Virus record (IMG/VR): IMGVR_UViG_3300005325_000002
Location: 1 to 40,289 of that record
Direction: 5' to 3' (one strand)
DNA from: a virus
Lineage: Duplodnaviria; Caudoviricetes
DNA length: 40,289 nucleotides
The notes under the pieces are model-generated. The model worked only from the letters and a program-made list of their open reading frames with translations, was not told the DNA's origin and made no database searches. Shown in pieces: positions 1 through 7,920 of this stretch (the first letter of the stretch is position 1; each line of letters opens with the position of its first letter). The translations under genes and the position numbers were made by a program.

Positions 1-123
1 AACTTTTCCAAGGTAATTTTAGACCAATCCCTCAAGCTTTAAACCAACGAAAACTTCGTAAAGCTCAACGACAAGGGAGGATTAAGTGAACCTCAACGAC
101 GAACAAGCCGCCGCCTGCCAGGC
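1..123 (+). repeat. Terminal direct repeat copy 1 (identical to 40167-40289; likely assembly overlap)
   Basis: AACTTTTCCAAGG...CCGCCTGCCAGGC read identically at both ends. Confidence 0.95.
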
Positions 124-1360
124 AATGATCGACTTTCTCAGCCCGCGGAATGAGTCTCGTTTCTTCGTCCTCTCTGGCCCCGCCGGAACGGGCAAGACAT
201 ACACCATCCGCGCCCTGATGAATCAGATCAAGAGCAAGCTCATCTTCACGGCGCCCACAAACAAAGCAACGAAAGTCCTCCGCGACACCTTCATTGAGCA
301 CAAGCTTGAAGGCGGATACACACCAACATGCCGGACGATTTACAGCCTTCTCGCATTGCGTATGGAACCGAATGGAGAAGTCAAGCAACTCGCCTATCCG
401 GAAGATCCGGTTGACTTGTCTCAATTTGCGGCGATTGTTCTGGATGAAGGGAGTATGGTTAACTCAAAGCTTTGGAAGTATATTCAAGAGCTCTCCAAAG
501 AACAGAATGTGAAGTTTATTATTCTCGGGGACATGTACCAACTTCCGCCCGTGGGCGAACCGAACTCCCCGGTTTGGCTGCTTCCGAACATCATGCACCT
601 GAAGACGGTAATGCGGCATGACAACCAAATCCTCACACTCGCGACAAGTCTTCGTGAGGTAATGAATCATCCCATCCCCAGTCTCACAATCTCATCTGAC
701 TGGAAGAACGGCGAAGGTGTGATGAAGGTTGATAACGCAAACTTTATTCATCGAATCAAACGGGCGACGGAAGAGGGATTGTTTTCCGGGGCGACAAACT
801 GTAAGGCAATCGCATGGCGGAATGTGAGTGTGGAGAGCTTGAATCGAATCATCCGCCAGACCCTCTTTCCTGGCACCGTGGGCGACTTCTTCCCCGACGA
901 CCGGATCATCCTCCTCGAACCCGCGAAGTCCTTCACCGATGAGAAAATCATCGCGACAACGGATGAAGAAGGAACCATCGAGCGAACGGATATTGACTGG
1001 CATCCTGATTACCCGGAAGTGAAGTGCTATCGCTGCGTGGTGCAGATGGACGGCGGGCATCCGCTCACGCTTTGGAAGCTCCATCCCGATGCAAAGAAAG
1101 CTTATGACATTAAGCTTGCAGAGCTCGCCGCCCGCGCAAAAGCAAACGGACGATACTGGAAAGACTACTGGGGATTCAAAGATTCCTTTCATAACTTCCG
1201 CTACGGCTATGCAATCACTGCCCACCGAGCGCAAGGAAGCACCTACACACAAACCTTCGTCAATATGACTGACATTATGATGAACCGAGACAGGCTGGAA
1301 GCATTCCGGTGCTTGTATGTGGCGGTCACGCGGGCGAAGAAAAGAATTATAATTACATAA
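86..1360 (+). CDS. SF1B (Dda/RecD-like) DNA helicase
   Basis: Walker A GPAGTGKT, motif Ia TAPTNKA, Walker B LDEGSMV, GDMYQLPPV, YAITAHRAQGSTY, LYVAVTRA; GGAGG RBS before GTG. Confidence 0.9.
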   Translation: MNLNDEQAAACQAMIDFLSPRNESRFFVLSGPAGTGKTYTIRALMNQIKSKLIFTAPTNKATKVLRDTFIEHKLEGGYTPTCRTIYSLLALRMEPNGEVKQLAYPEDPVDLSQFAAIVLDEGSMVNSKLWKYIQELSKEQNVKFIILGDMYQLPPVGEPNSPVWLLPNIMHLKTVMRHDNQILTLATSLREVMNHPIPSLTISSDWKNGEGVMKVDNANFIHRIKRATEEGLFSGATNCKAIAWRNVSVESLNRIIRQTLFPGTVGDFFPDDRIILLEPAKSFTDEKIIATTDEEGTIERTDIDWHPDYPEVKCYRCVVQMDGGHPLTLWKLHPDAKKAYDIKLAELAARAKANGRYWKDYWGFKDSFHNFRYGYAITAHRAQGSTYTQTFVNMTDIMMNRDRLEAFRCLYVAVTRAKKRIIIT

Positions 1361-1372
1361 GGAGGAAAAGTA

Positions 1373-1681
1373 ATGCAATTCAATTCAAAGTACGACATCG
1401 GACAAACTGTATACATGATTGGAGCCTTTAACTACCCAAATCGGACAGTCATGGTTGGAGGTCCGGCAACCATTGGACAGATTCAGATAAAACATACTGA
1501 ATCACCGGGAAGGCCGGGGGAGGAACTCTTCGATAATTACAAACCTCAAAAAAGTTATGAAGAAAAGTATATGTTGGTTGAAACCGGAATAGGTACAGGA
1601 ACGGTTTGGGATGTGGATAACTTATTCCTTTCCCATGCCGAGGCTAAGGAAGTTGCAGACCATTTAAACTCTTCAAGGTGA
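1373..1681 (+). CDS. Hypothetical phage protein
   Basis: AAGGAGG RBS; tightly packed in operon. Confidence 0.75.
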   Translation: MQFNSKYDIGQTVYMIGAFNYPNRTVMVGGPATIGQIQIKHTESPGRPGEELFDNYKPQKSYEEKYMLVETGIGTGTVWDVDNLFLSHAEAKEVADHLNSSR

Positions 1682-1887
1682 AAAGAATGAGCACGAATAA
1701 CCAAGTTGACCTCCAGGTCCTCCGCCAGAAAGCAATCTCCGGCGACCTCACCGATGAAGAACTCCGTGAGGCGATTCGGATGCTGCGGGATAATCGCTTG
1801 TCGGCGGCGAAGACCTCACACAAAGCGAATTTGAAGAAAGCGAAAGTTAATTCGGATAGTTTACTTGATGAATTGGAGGGATTATGA
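1678..1887 (+). CDS. Hypothetical protein with acidic C-terminal tail (VNSDSLLDELEGL)
   Basis: GTGA/ATGA overlaps with neighbours; start may instead be ATG 1687. Confidence 0.7.
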   Translation: MKRMSTNNQVDLQVLRQKAISGDLTDEELREAIRMLRDNRLSAAKTSHKANLKKAKVNSDSLLDELEGL

Positions 1888-2114
1888 GAGCGGATGAATT
1901 ATATATTCTTCAAACCACATTCTTTAAACGCCTTGACGCGAAGACTGGTTGGGGGAAAGAGAAAGTGAAGGAAGAGTTTCGGCAAGTGGTGATGGAGACT
2001 ATGATGATGGAGGAAGGAACAAATACCTTAATTCCTCTCATCAAAGAAATGGAAAAACTCGAACAAGGCCTCATTGATCTCAAACAAAAACTTGCAAGCT
2101 ATCAGGAGGGCTGA
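1884..2114 (+). CDS. Hypothetical protein
   Basis: GGAGG RBS; overlaps both neighbours. Confidence 0.7.
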   Translation: MRADELYILQTTFFKRLDAKTGWGKEKVKEEFRQVVMETMMMEEGTNTLIPLIKEMEKLEQGLIDLKQKLASYQEG

Positions 2115-3049
2115 TGAACCAAACAATCTTCCCCCACACAATCGACTCAACTATACTTTCTGCCTTTCGTTCTTGTGCCAGAAAGTGTTATCTTCAATAT
2201 TTTTGTCATTGGAAACCCAAAGGAGAAAGCGTCCACCTAATTGCCGGCGGAGCCTTTGCATCCGGAGTCGAAACAGTCCGTAAAGCCTTCTTCATCGAAA
2301 ATCTTTCCGCCGAGGACGCAATCATGGAAGGCATCCGTGCCCTGCTCATTCACTACGGAGACTTTCAATTCCCGGAAGGTAGTGCTAAGTCCCCCGAACG
2401 AATGGCCGGGGCGCTGGAATATTATTTCAATCAATACCCACTCGGAAAGGATGGTACCAAACCCATAATCTTTTCCGATAAGCTCCACGGAATCGAACTT
2501 TCCTTCGCGCGGCCACTAGACTTCACACATCCAGTGAGCGGCGATCCAATCTTATACACCGGAAGATCTGATATGGTGGCAGAGTTCGCTGGTGGAAAGT
2601 ATGTCTTCGATGAAAAGACCACATCTCAACTCGGACAAAGCTGGACAAAGCAATGGGAGCTTCGATCTCAGTTCACAGGCTATTGTTGGGGGAGTCAAGA
2701 CTACGGAATCTCAGTCGATGGTGTCATCGTCCGCGGAGTCAGCATCCTCAAAACAAAATACGACACGCTTCAAGTCATGACCTATCGCCCGGAGTGGGAG
2801 ATTGAACGCTGGAAAGGGCAAGTGGAAAGGGACTTGGCGAACATGCAAAGATGTTGGGAGGAGGATTACTGGGATTATAATCTTGATCATGCTTGCGCGG
2901 AGTATGGCGGATGTTCGTTCACGCAGATTTGCAAGTCGAACGATCCTGATACATGGTTGCCTATGTATTTCGAAAAGCGAGTTTGGGATCCGCTCCAGCG
3001 CAAGCAGCTCACGGTCGAAGAATATGAATCGCAATGGGAGGTGAAGTAA
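2114..3049 (+). CDS. PD-(D/E)XK exonuclease, Cas4/AddB-like, with probable Fe-S cysteines
   Basis: N-terminal Cys (FRSC), GRSD, DEKTT, QFTGY, C-terminal CAEYGGCSFTQIC. Confidence 0.82.
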   Translation: MNQTIFPHTIDSTILSAFRSCARKCYLQYFCHWKPKGESVHLIAGGAFASGVETVRKAFFIENLSAEDAIMEGIRALLIHYGDFQFPEGSAKSPERMAGALEYYFNQYPLGKDGTKPIIFSDKLHGIELSFARPLDFTHPVSGDPILYTGRSDMVAEFAGGKYVFDEKTTSQLGQSWTKQWELRSQFTGYCWGSQDYGISVDGVIVRGVSILKTKYDTLQVMTYRPEWEIERWKGQVERDLANMQRCWEEDYWDYNLDHACAEYGGCSFTQICKSNDPDTWLPMYFEKRVWDPLQRKQLTVEEYESQWEVK

Positions 3050-3222
3050 TGAGTATGCTTATCTATCCGCCTGTGATACTTTTTCCTCTTGCTCTCTTAT
3101 GGTTTGGAAGCTTTCTCATTGAACTTTTTTATGAACAGAACAAGTGTACAGCATTTTTGTGTCTGATTGCGTCGACTTTAAGCTTTTGGTCGGCGTTGAG
3201 TTTCGTAATCCGCGCGAATTAA
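3049..3222 (+). CDS. Small membrane protein (two hydrophobic segments)
   Basis: TAATG coupling at 3047-3051; GGAGGTG RBS; hydrophobic sequence. Confidence 0.6.
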   Translation: MSMLIYPPVILFPLALLWFGSFLIELFYEQNKCTAFLCLIASTLSFWSALSFVIRAN

Positions 3223-3238
3223 AAATTCTTAATAGGAG
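3213..3238. promoter_or_regulatory. 26-bp palindromic site, copy 1 (CGCGAATTAA-aaattc-TTAATAGGAG)
   Basis: Matches the genome-wide 10-6-10 motif; overlaps the upstream stop codon and the downstream RBS. Confidence 0.7.
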
Positions 3239-3247
3239 TAAATAATC

Positions 3248-3328
3248 ATGTACCTAAGCATCGGAACAATCATCCTTTGTGTCATCCTCCTCGCTTGGTG
3301 GTTCGGCGGCGGAGATGGAGGTTGCTAA
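3248..3328 (+). CDS. 26-aa single-pass membrane micropeptide (MYLSIGTIILCVILLAWWFGGGDGGC)
   Basis: AGGAG RBS, ATG 3248, TAATG coupling to the next gene; too short for the ORF track. Confidence 0.6.
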   Translation: MYLSIGTIILCVILLAWWFGGGDGGC

Positions 3329-3678
3329 TGTACACGCAATCCTTTTTCATTGAAGGTCGGTTTATGGGCAATCACGCCCGGCAGCCGACAATCCGGGCCG
3401 GGGAGCTTATCCCTCCATTCAGCCTTGTCTTCTTCTGCGGAAAGTGTGGGGATACATTCGCAAAGCTCCCCGTCCGGAACTCCGAGGGCAAGACAATGCC
3501 CTTTCAATCCATCCGCGCTTTGTGCAAACGCTGCCCATCCCCCTACATCTCCTTCTGTCCGGGGAGCGTGTGGCTGGAGCATGAAAAAGAACTTATAAAT
3601 TGTTTTCCGCGGGAGTTGCTTCAACTAGAACTCCTTCACCACCTTAACCAAATGGAGCGAATAAATGCAGGTAATTAA
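3328..3678 (+). CDS. Hypothetical zinc-finger protein (CGKC...CKRC)
   Basis: GGAGG RBS and TAATG coupling place the start at 3328. Confidence 0.7.
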   Translation: MYTQSFFIEGRFMGNHARQPTIRAGELIPPFSLVFFCGKCGDTFAKLPVRNSEGKTMPFQSIRALCKRCPSPYISFCPGSVWLEHEKELINCFPRELLQLELLHHLNQMERINAGN

Positions 3679-4504
3679 ATCCGCCCTCCCCGGCATTAAC
3701 GTGTTGTTAATGGGCCCAGCCGGAACGGGGAAAACCCATTCAATCGGAACCCTTGTCGATTCCGGCATCCAGGTTCACTACATGGCCTTCGAAGCCGGGA
3801 GTGAAAGTCTCTTGGGTTACTGGACCGACCGCGGCAAGCCCGTACCAGACAACCTCCACATCTTCACTGTCCGCCCTGCAACCGCCGGATGGACAGAAAT
3901 GGCCAAACAAGTCCAACTCGTAAACACGCTTTCTTACGAAAGCTTAAAGAAATCCAGCGACCCAAACCGGAGCAAGTACGACCAATTCGAAAAGTTCTTA
4001 CTCTCATTTAACGCTGTCGGTGAAGATAACTCTGAAGCCAAGTTTGGCTGCGTCGATTCTTGGGGAACAGATCGTGCCTTGGTTATCGACGGTCTTACAG
4101 GACTTGGCGAAGCTGTCATGCGTGCAGTCATCGGAGGTAAGGCTGATCGGGATCAAAAGGACTGGGGCTTGGCGCAGAACCTTTTGGAAGCTGTCTTGAG
4201 GCGATTGACTTCCGACTGTCGATGTCACTTCATCCTTCTCGCCCACGTGGAACGAGAGGTGGATGTCATCGCCGGAGGAGTGAAGATCATGCCATCCACA
4301 CTCGGAAAGGCCTTGCCTCCAAAGCTCGCCCCAATGTTCAGCGACGTCATCCTCGCCTCTCGAAACGGGACGACCTGGACTTGGGACACGGCCTCCGCCC
4401 TCGCGGATGTCAAGACCCGAAACCTACCCATTTCGGCAAACAATCCGCCGGATTTCTCAACCATCCTCACAAAGTGGAAGGCACGGGGAGGGGTGCTTTC
4501 GTAA
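3665..4504 (+). CDS. AAA ATPase, Sak4-like (AAA_24) recombinase candidate
   Basis: Walker A GPAGTGKT, Walker B LVIDGLT, ILLAH; lies between the exonuclease and the SSB-like gene. Confidence 0.75.
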   Translation: MQVIKSALPGINVLLMGPAGTGKTHSIGTLVDSGIQVHYMAFEAGSESLLGYWTDRGKPVPDNLHIFTVRPATAGWTEMAKQVQLVNTLSYESLKKSSDPNRSKYDQFEKFLLSFNAVGEDNSEAKFGCVDSWGTDRALVIDGLTGLGEAVMRAVIGGKADRDQKDWGLAQNLLEAVLRRLTSDCRCHFILLAHVEREVDVIAGGVKIMPSTLGKALPPKLAPMFSDVILASRNGTTWTWDTASALADVKTRNLPISANNPPDFSTILTKWKARGGVLS

Positions 4505-4524
4505 AAAACTTCCAACAATTATTC

Positions 4525-4553
4525 TTGCAAGTCTCGTGTTCCTAGGATAGCAT
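4525..4553 (+). promoter_or_regulatory. Sigma70-like promoter TTGCAA-17-TAGCAT
   Basis: Hexamers with 17-bp spacing in an intergenic gap; A-rich upstream sequence. Confidence 0.55.
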
Positions 4554-4560
4554 TAAAAAA

Positions 4561-4646
4561 TCGTCCAATACAACCGTGGCGGCGGTGAAGGACGAATAAA
4601 CTTCCCGCCATCCCTCAATTCTCGCTTAGGCGAAAGGAGCCTCACT
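4561..4646 (+). ncRNA. Structured 5' leader (possible pseudoknot) of the SSB-like gene
   Basis: TCGTCC/GGACGA stem; ACCG/CGGT inner stem; loop TGGCGG complementary to CCGCCA 4605-4610; AGGC/GCCT hairpin around the RBS. Confidence 0.45.
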
Positions 4647-5093
4647 ATGTTTGACGCACAGCAATTCCTCGACATGCAAATCAGTGAATCGAACGACACC
4701 ACCCTCATCCCCGTGCCGGAAGGCGAATACATGGCCACAATTGAGAAAGTGGAATGTCGCCCATGGACAAAGAAAAGCGATCCTAGCGTAGGCGGAATCG
4801 CACTTGACCTCGTTTGGAACATTGAAGATCAGAACGTCCTGCAAACCCTCGGGCGGGAGAAAGTGACCTGTAAACAAGGCATTATGCTCGACACAACCCC
4901 CACCGGCGGCTTGGATTTTGGAAAGGGTCGGAATATTGGTCTTGGACGCCTGCGGGAGGCTGTGGACTTGAATACCCCTGGCCAACCTTTCTCCTTCAAC
5001 ATGCTTCCCGGTCGGATGGCGAAGGTTTCCGTGAAGCACCGAGTTGTTGAAGATCAAATCTATGCGGAGATTAAAGCAGTAGCAAAACTGTAA
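4647..5093 (+). CDS. ssb: Single-stranded DNA-binding protein (DUF669-like OB fold)
   Basis: PVPEGEYMATIEKVE N-terminal pattern; position after the Sak4-like ATPase; AAGGAG RBS. Confidence 0.6.
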   Translation: MFDAQQFLDMQISESNDTTLIPVPEGEYMATIEKVECRPWTKKSDPSVGGIALDLVWNIEDQNVLQTLGREKVTCKQGIMLDTTPTGGLDFGKGRNIGLGRLREAVDLNTPGQPFSFNMLPGRMAKVSVKHRVVEDQIYAEIKAVAKL

Positions 5094-5135
5094 AGTATCT
5101 GTAATCAATCTTAATTTTCAGGTAAGGAGGTATGT

Positions 5136-5504
5136 ATGGATGAACTTCAACAAGACGTTAAAAAGAAAATAGAGATGATTGCTCGTGTATGCCATGAAGT
5201 GAATAGAGCTTATTGCCAAGCTCTAGGGGATAATACCCAAGTTCCGTGGAAAGACGCTCCTGCATGGCAGCGAGAATCAGCTCGTATGGGTGTAGACTTA
5301 CACCTCATGGGAGATTTCGGTCCAGAAGCTTCACACATTTTATGGATGAAGCAAAAACTTGACACTGGTTGGACTTGGGGGCCAGAAAAGAACGCGGAGG
5401 CTAAAGAACATCCCTGCATTGTCCCTTTCGATCAACTCCCGGTTGAGCAACAGGCCAAGGATTATATCTTTCGTGCAGTTGTTCATGCACTAAAATATTA
5501 TTAA
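5136..5504 (+). CDS. RyR (ryanodine receptor repeat) domain protein
   Basis: HxxWMxxKxxxGWxWGxxKxxxxKxHPCIVPFDQLPxxQQxKD signature; AAGGAGGT RBS. Confidence 0.8.
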   Translation: MDELQQDVKKKIEMIARVCHEVNRAYCQALGDNTQVPWKDAPAWQRESARMGVDLHLMGDFGPEASHILWMKQKLDTGWTWGPEKNAEAKEHPCIVPFDQLPVEQQAKDYIFRAVVHALKYY

Positions 5505-5526
5505 TATTCCTTTTTCTGGCCCTTCT

Positions 5527-5564
5527 AAGCCCTGTGTCATTTTCCATGGCATGGGGCTTTTCTT
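5527..5564 (+). terminator. Rho-independent terminator
   Basis: AAGCCCTGTGTCAT / ATGGCATGGGGCTT stem (with G-U pairs) followed by TTCTT. Confidence 0.7.
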
Positions 5565-5588
5565 ATAAAAAACTTCGGAGATTCTCCC

Positions 5589-5813
5589 ATGGAAATTAAA
5601 ATCAAACTCGCAATCGATCCTTTCCCTGTTCCAGATATTGTCAAAGTAACCGCAGACCCAGCACGAAAAACTCTGGGATTACCTCAAATCGGGGATATTT
5701 TACTCAAAGACCTATCCATCCTTGAACTCGAAGCGTTGTGCGCGGAGTTCCGGTTGAAGGTATTTGAGAAGGCGGGGAAAGTAGCTCCGACCGTACCATC
5801 CCTGAATGGTTAG
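5589..5813 (+). CDS. Hypothetical protein
   Basis: GGAG RBS, 74 aa. Confidence 0.65.
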   Translation: MEIKIKLAIDPFPVPDIVKVTADPARKTLGLPQIGDILLKDLSILELEALCAEFRLKVFEKAGKVAPTVPSLNG

Positions 5814-5993
5814 CAGTGGATAAAGGTTTAATATAATATGCGCGGATTTATGTGTGGTCGTAGGATGCAATTTTTCAATCACGGGTAAAACCCTACATAC
5901 CCCATTCGGAAAATTGCACCACGACCACCACGTGCCCAAATTGGCCCAAACCAAACCGGCAATCCGGCCAACCAAACCCAAACCGACAATAAA

Positions 5994-7316
5994 ATGCGCA
6001 TGAATACAATTCCCCTATCTTCAATCACTCTCTCCCCCGCCCGCCAGCGCCAGGACTTCGATCCCCAGGCCCTGATGGAGCTAACCGAATCGATCCGCGA
6101 GCATGGCCTTCTCCACGCCCCCGTTCTCCGCCAGGAAGGTGACTCCTTCATCCTCGTGGCAGGTGAGCGTCGCTTGCGAGCGATTCAAGATCTTTGGGCC
6201 TTGGGCGACACGTTTAAATTCAACGATACTTCCATTCCAGAAGGAACGGTTCCTTTCGTCACCTTGGGCGAACTCGACCCAATTGCGGCGGAGGAAGCAG
6301 AACTCGAAGAAAACCTCCGCCGGCAAGATCTCACGTGGCAGGAGCTTGCATCCGCCCACGAACGACTTCACAATCTCCGCACTCGACAAGCGCAAGCGGT
6401 CGGGGAAGTTCATACCGTTGCCGACACGGCGGAAGAGCTCACCGGAAGGCGGGACGGAGGTTATCAATCCGGAATCCGAAAAGAACTCATCGTCGCGAAG
6501 AACTTGTCCAATCCCGACATAGCGAAAGCGAAGACAGTTGACGAAGCCTTTAAAATTCTGAAAAAGAAGGAAATTGGAAAACAAAACGAAGCCCTTGCGA
6601 TTTCAGTCGGGAAGACACTCACATCCGCCTCTCATTCCCTTCATCATGTTGATTGTTTATCTTGGATGCAATCCTGCCCGCCAGAAACTTTCGACATCAT
6701 CCTCACTGATCCGCCGTATGGGATGGGAGCTGACAAGTTCGGGGACGCCGGCGGAAAGCTTTCCGGAATCGAACACCACTATGATGATTCTTATGAATCC
6801 TGGCTTGCTTTGATGAAGGTCTGGTGTCCGCTCTCCTTTCGCGTAACCAAGCCACAAGCCCACTTGTATGCCTTCTGCGATTTCGACCGGTTTCATGAAC
6901 TCAAAGAAATGCTGCAGGTTGCGGGATGGTATGTCTTCCGTACCCCACTCATTCTCGTCAAGCCCGGTTCTGGTCGTGTTCCACTTCCTGAGCACGGCCC
7001 TCGCCGGCAGTATGAAATGATCCTCTACGCGATCAAGGGAAAGAAACCTGTCACTCATATCTATCCTGATGTGTTTTCAATCCAAGGTGATCCAAACGAC
7101 GGCCACGGCGCAACAAAGCCCATTTCCGTCTACACCAATCTCCTCCAGCGATCCGCTCGGCCCGGAGACAAAGTCCTCGACTCTTTTGCTGGAAGCGGCC
7201 CGATCTTCCCGGCCTGCCATATGATGAAGTGTATTGCGACGGGGCTGGAGACAAGCCTTGAGTACTACGGGATGAGTTTAAAGCGACTTCAATCAATGGA
7301 GGAGGAAGATGAATGA
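5994..7316 (+). CDS. ParB/Srx N-terminal domain fused to an amino (N6-A/N4-C) DNA methyltransferase, beta-class motif order
   Basis: LVAGERRLRA and EENLRRQDL (ParB); ILTDPPY then VLDSFAGSG (methyltransferase); start at 5994 or 6000. Confidence 0.87.
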   Translation: MRMNTIPLSSITLSPARQRQDFDPQALMELTESIREHGLLHAPVLRQEGDSFILVAGERRLRAIQDLWALGDTFKFNDTSIPEGTVPFVTLGELDPIAAEEAELEENLRRQDLTWQELASAHERLHNLRTRQAQAVGEVHTVADTAEELTGRRDGGYQSGIRKELIVAKNLSNPDIAKAKTVDEAFKILKKKEIGKQNEALAISVGKTLTSASHSLHHVDCLSWMQSCPPETFDIILTDPPYGMGADKFGDAGGKLSGIEHHYDDSYESWLALMKVWCPLSFRVTKPQAHLYAFCDFDRFHELKEMLQVAGWYVFRTPLILVKPGSGRVPLPEHGPRRQYEMILYAIKGKKPVTHIYPDVFSIQGDPNDGHGATKPISVYTNLLQRSARPGDKVLDSFAGSGPIFPACHMMKCIATGLETSLEYYGMSLKRLQSMEEEDE

Positions 7317-7920
7317 TCCGACTGGAAGAAATGTTTTCGATCCTGGAGCCAAGCTCGATGGCGGAAAAGTTCCCGCCGGTATGCTTATTGGATTTTCTCG
7401 TGCACTTGAAGCCATCAGTCGGGTTTTCGCCTTTGGAGCTAGTAAAGGTTACTGTCGAGGAGGATGGAAAGAGGTACCTGATGGAATTCTCCGTTACAGT
7501 GATGCAGCTTGGCGACACCGACTAGCTTCCGGTAATGACCCTGAATCTGGACTTCCACACTCTTGGCACGAAGCTTGGAATGTACTCGCTGTCTTAGAAT
7601 TAGAACTTGAGGAGGCACAACTTAATGACACACTTTGTAATGCCGTCCGGCCCGTGTCCGGCGAAGATAATGATCGTGGGGGAGAATCCGGGAGCGGAGG
7701 AAGTCCGTCTCAACATGCCCTTCGTCGGGACTGCCGGACGGGAGATGGATCGGATGCTGGCCGAGGCTGGGATTGCCCGCTCGTCGTGCTTTGTAACAAA
7801 TGTGGCCAGGGTTATCCCGCCGGGGGGAAATGCGACTGCGTGGATCGCGGAAAAGAAGAAAGATCGGACGCCGGCGCACAAGGAATTTCAAGGGAAGCTG
7901 ATCCTTCAACCCCTGCTTGA
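7309..7920 (+). CDS. DUF5664 (dATP/dGTP diphosphohydrolase N-terminal-like) protein with a ~98-codon extension overlapping the polymerase gene
   Basis: GAKLDGGK, FGAxKGY...W, RYSDAAWRH, DPESGLPH..H.AWN pattern in the first ~100 aa. Confidence 0.7.
   Translation: MNDPTGRNVFDPGAKLDGGKVPAGMLIGFSRALEAISRVFAFGASKGYCRGGWKEVPDGILRYSDAAWRHRLASGNDPESGLPHSWHEAWNVLAVLELELEEAQLNDTLCNAVRPVSGEDNDRGGESGSGGSPSQHALRRDCRTGDGSDAGRGWDCPLVVLCNKCGQGYPAGGKCDCVDRGKEERSDAGAQGISREADPSTPA

Noticed and set aside
2114-3049. Cas4-like gene as evidence of a CRISPR-Cas system
   Set aside because: No repeat-spacer array or other cas genes; solo Cas4-like nucleases are common in phage recombination modules
5814-5993. C/A-rich intergenic stretch before the ParB-MTase (similar texture at 35221-35460) as an ncRNA or hidden gene
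   Set aside because: No convincing ORF with an RBS, no stable stem and no alignable repeat found by eye; only a palindrome half-site at 5841
7309-7620. Z-genome (2-aminoadenine) pathway suggested by DUF5664
   Set aside because: No PurZ/adenylosuccinate synthetase-like gene and no HD-domain DatZ gene is visible in a complete genome
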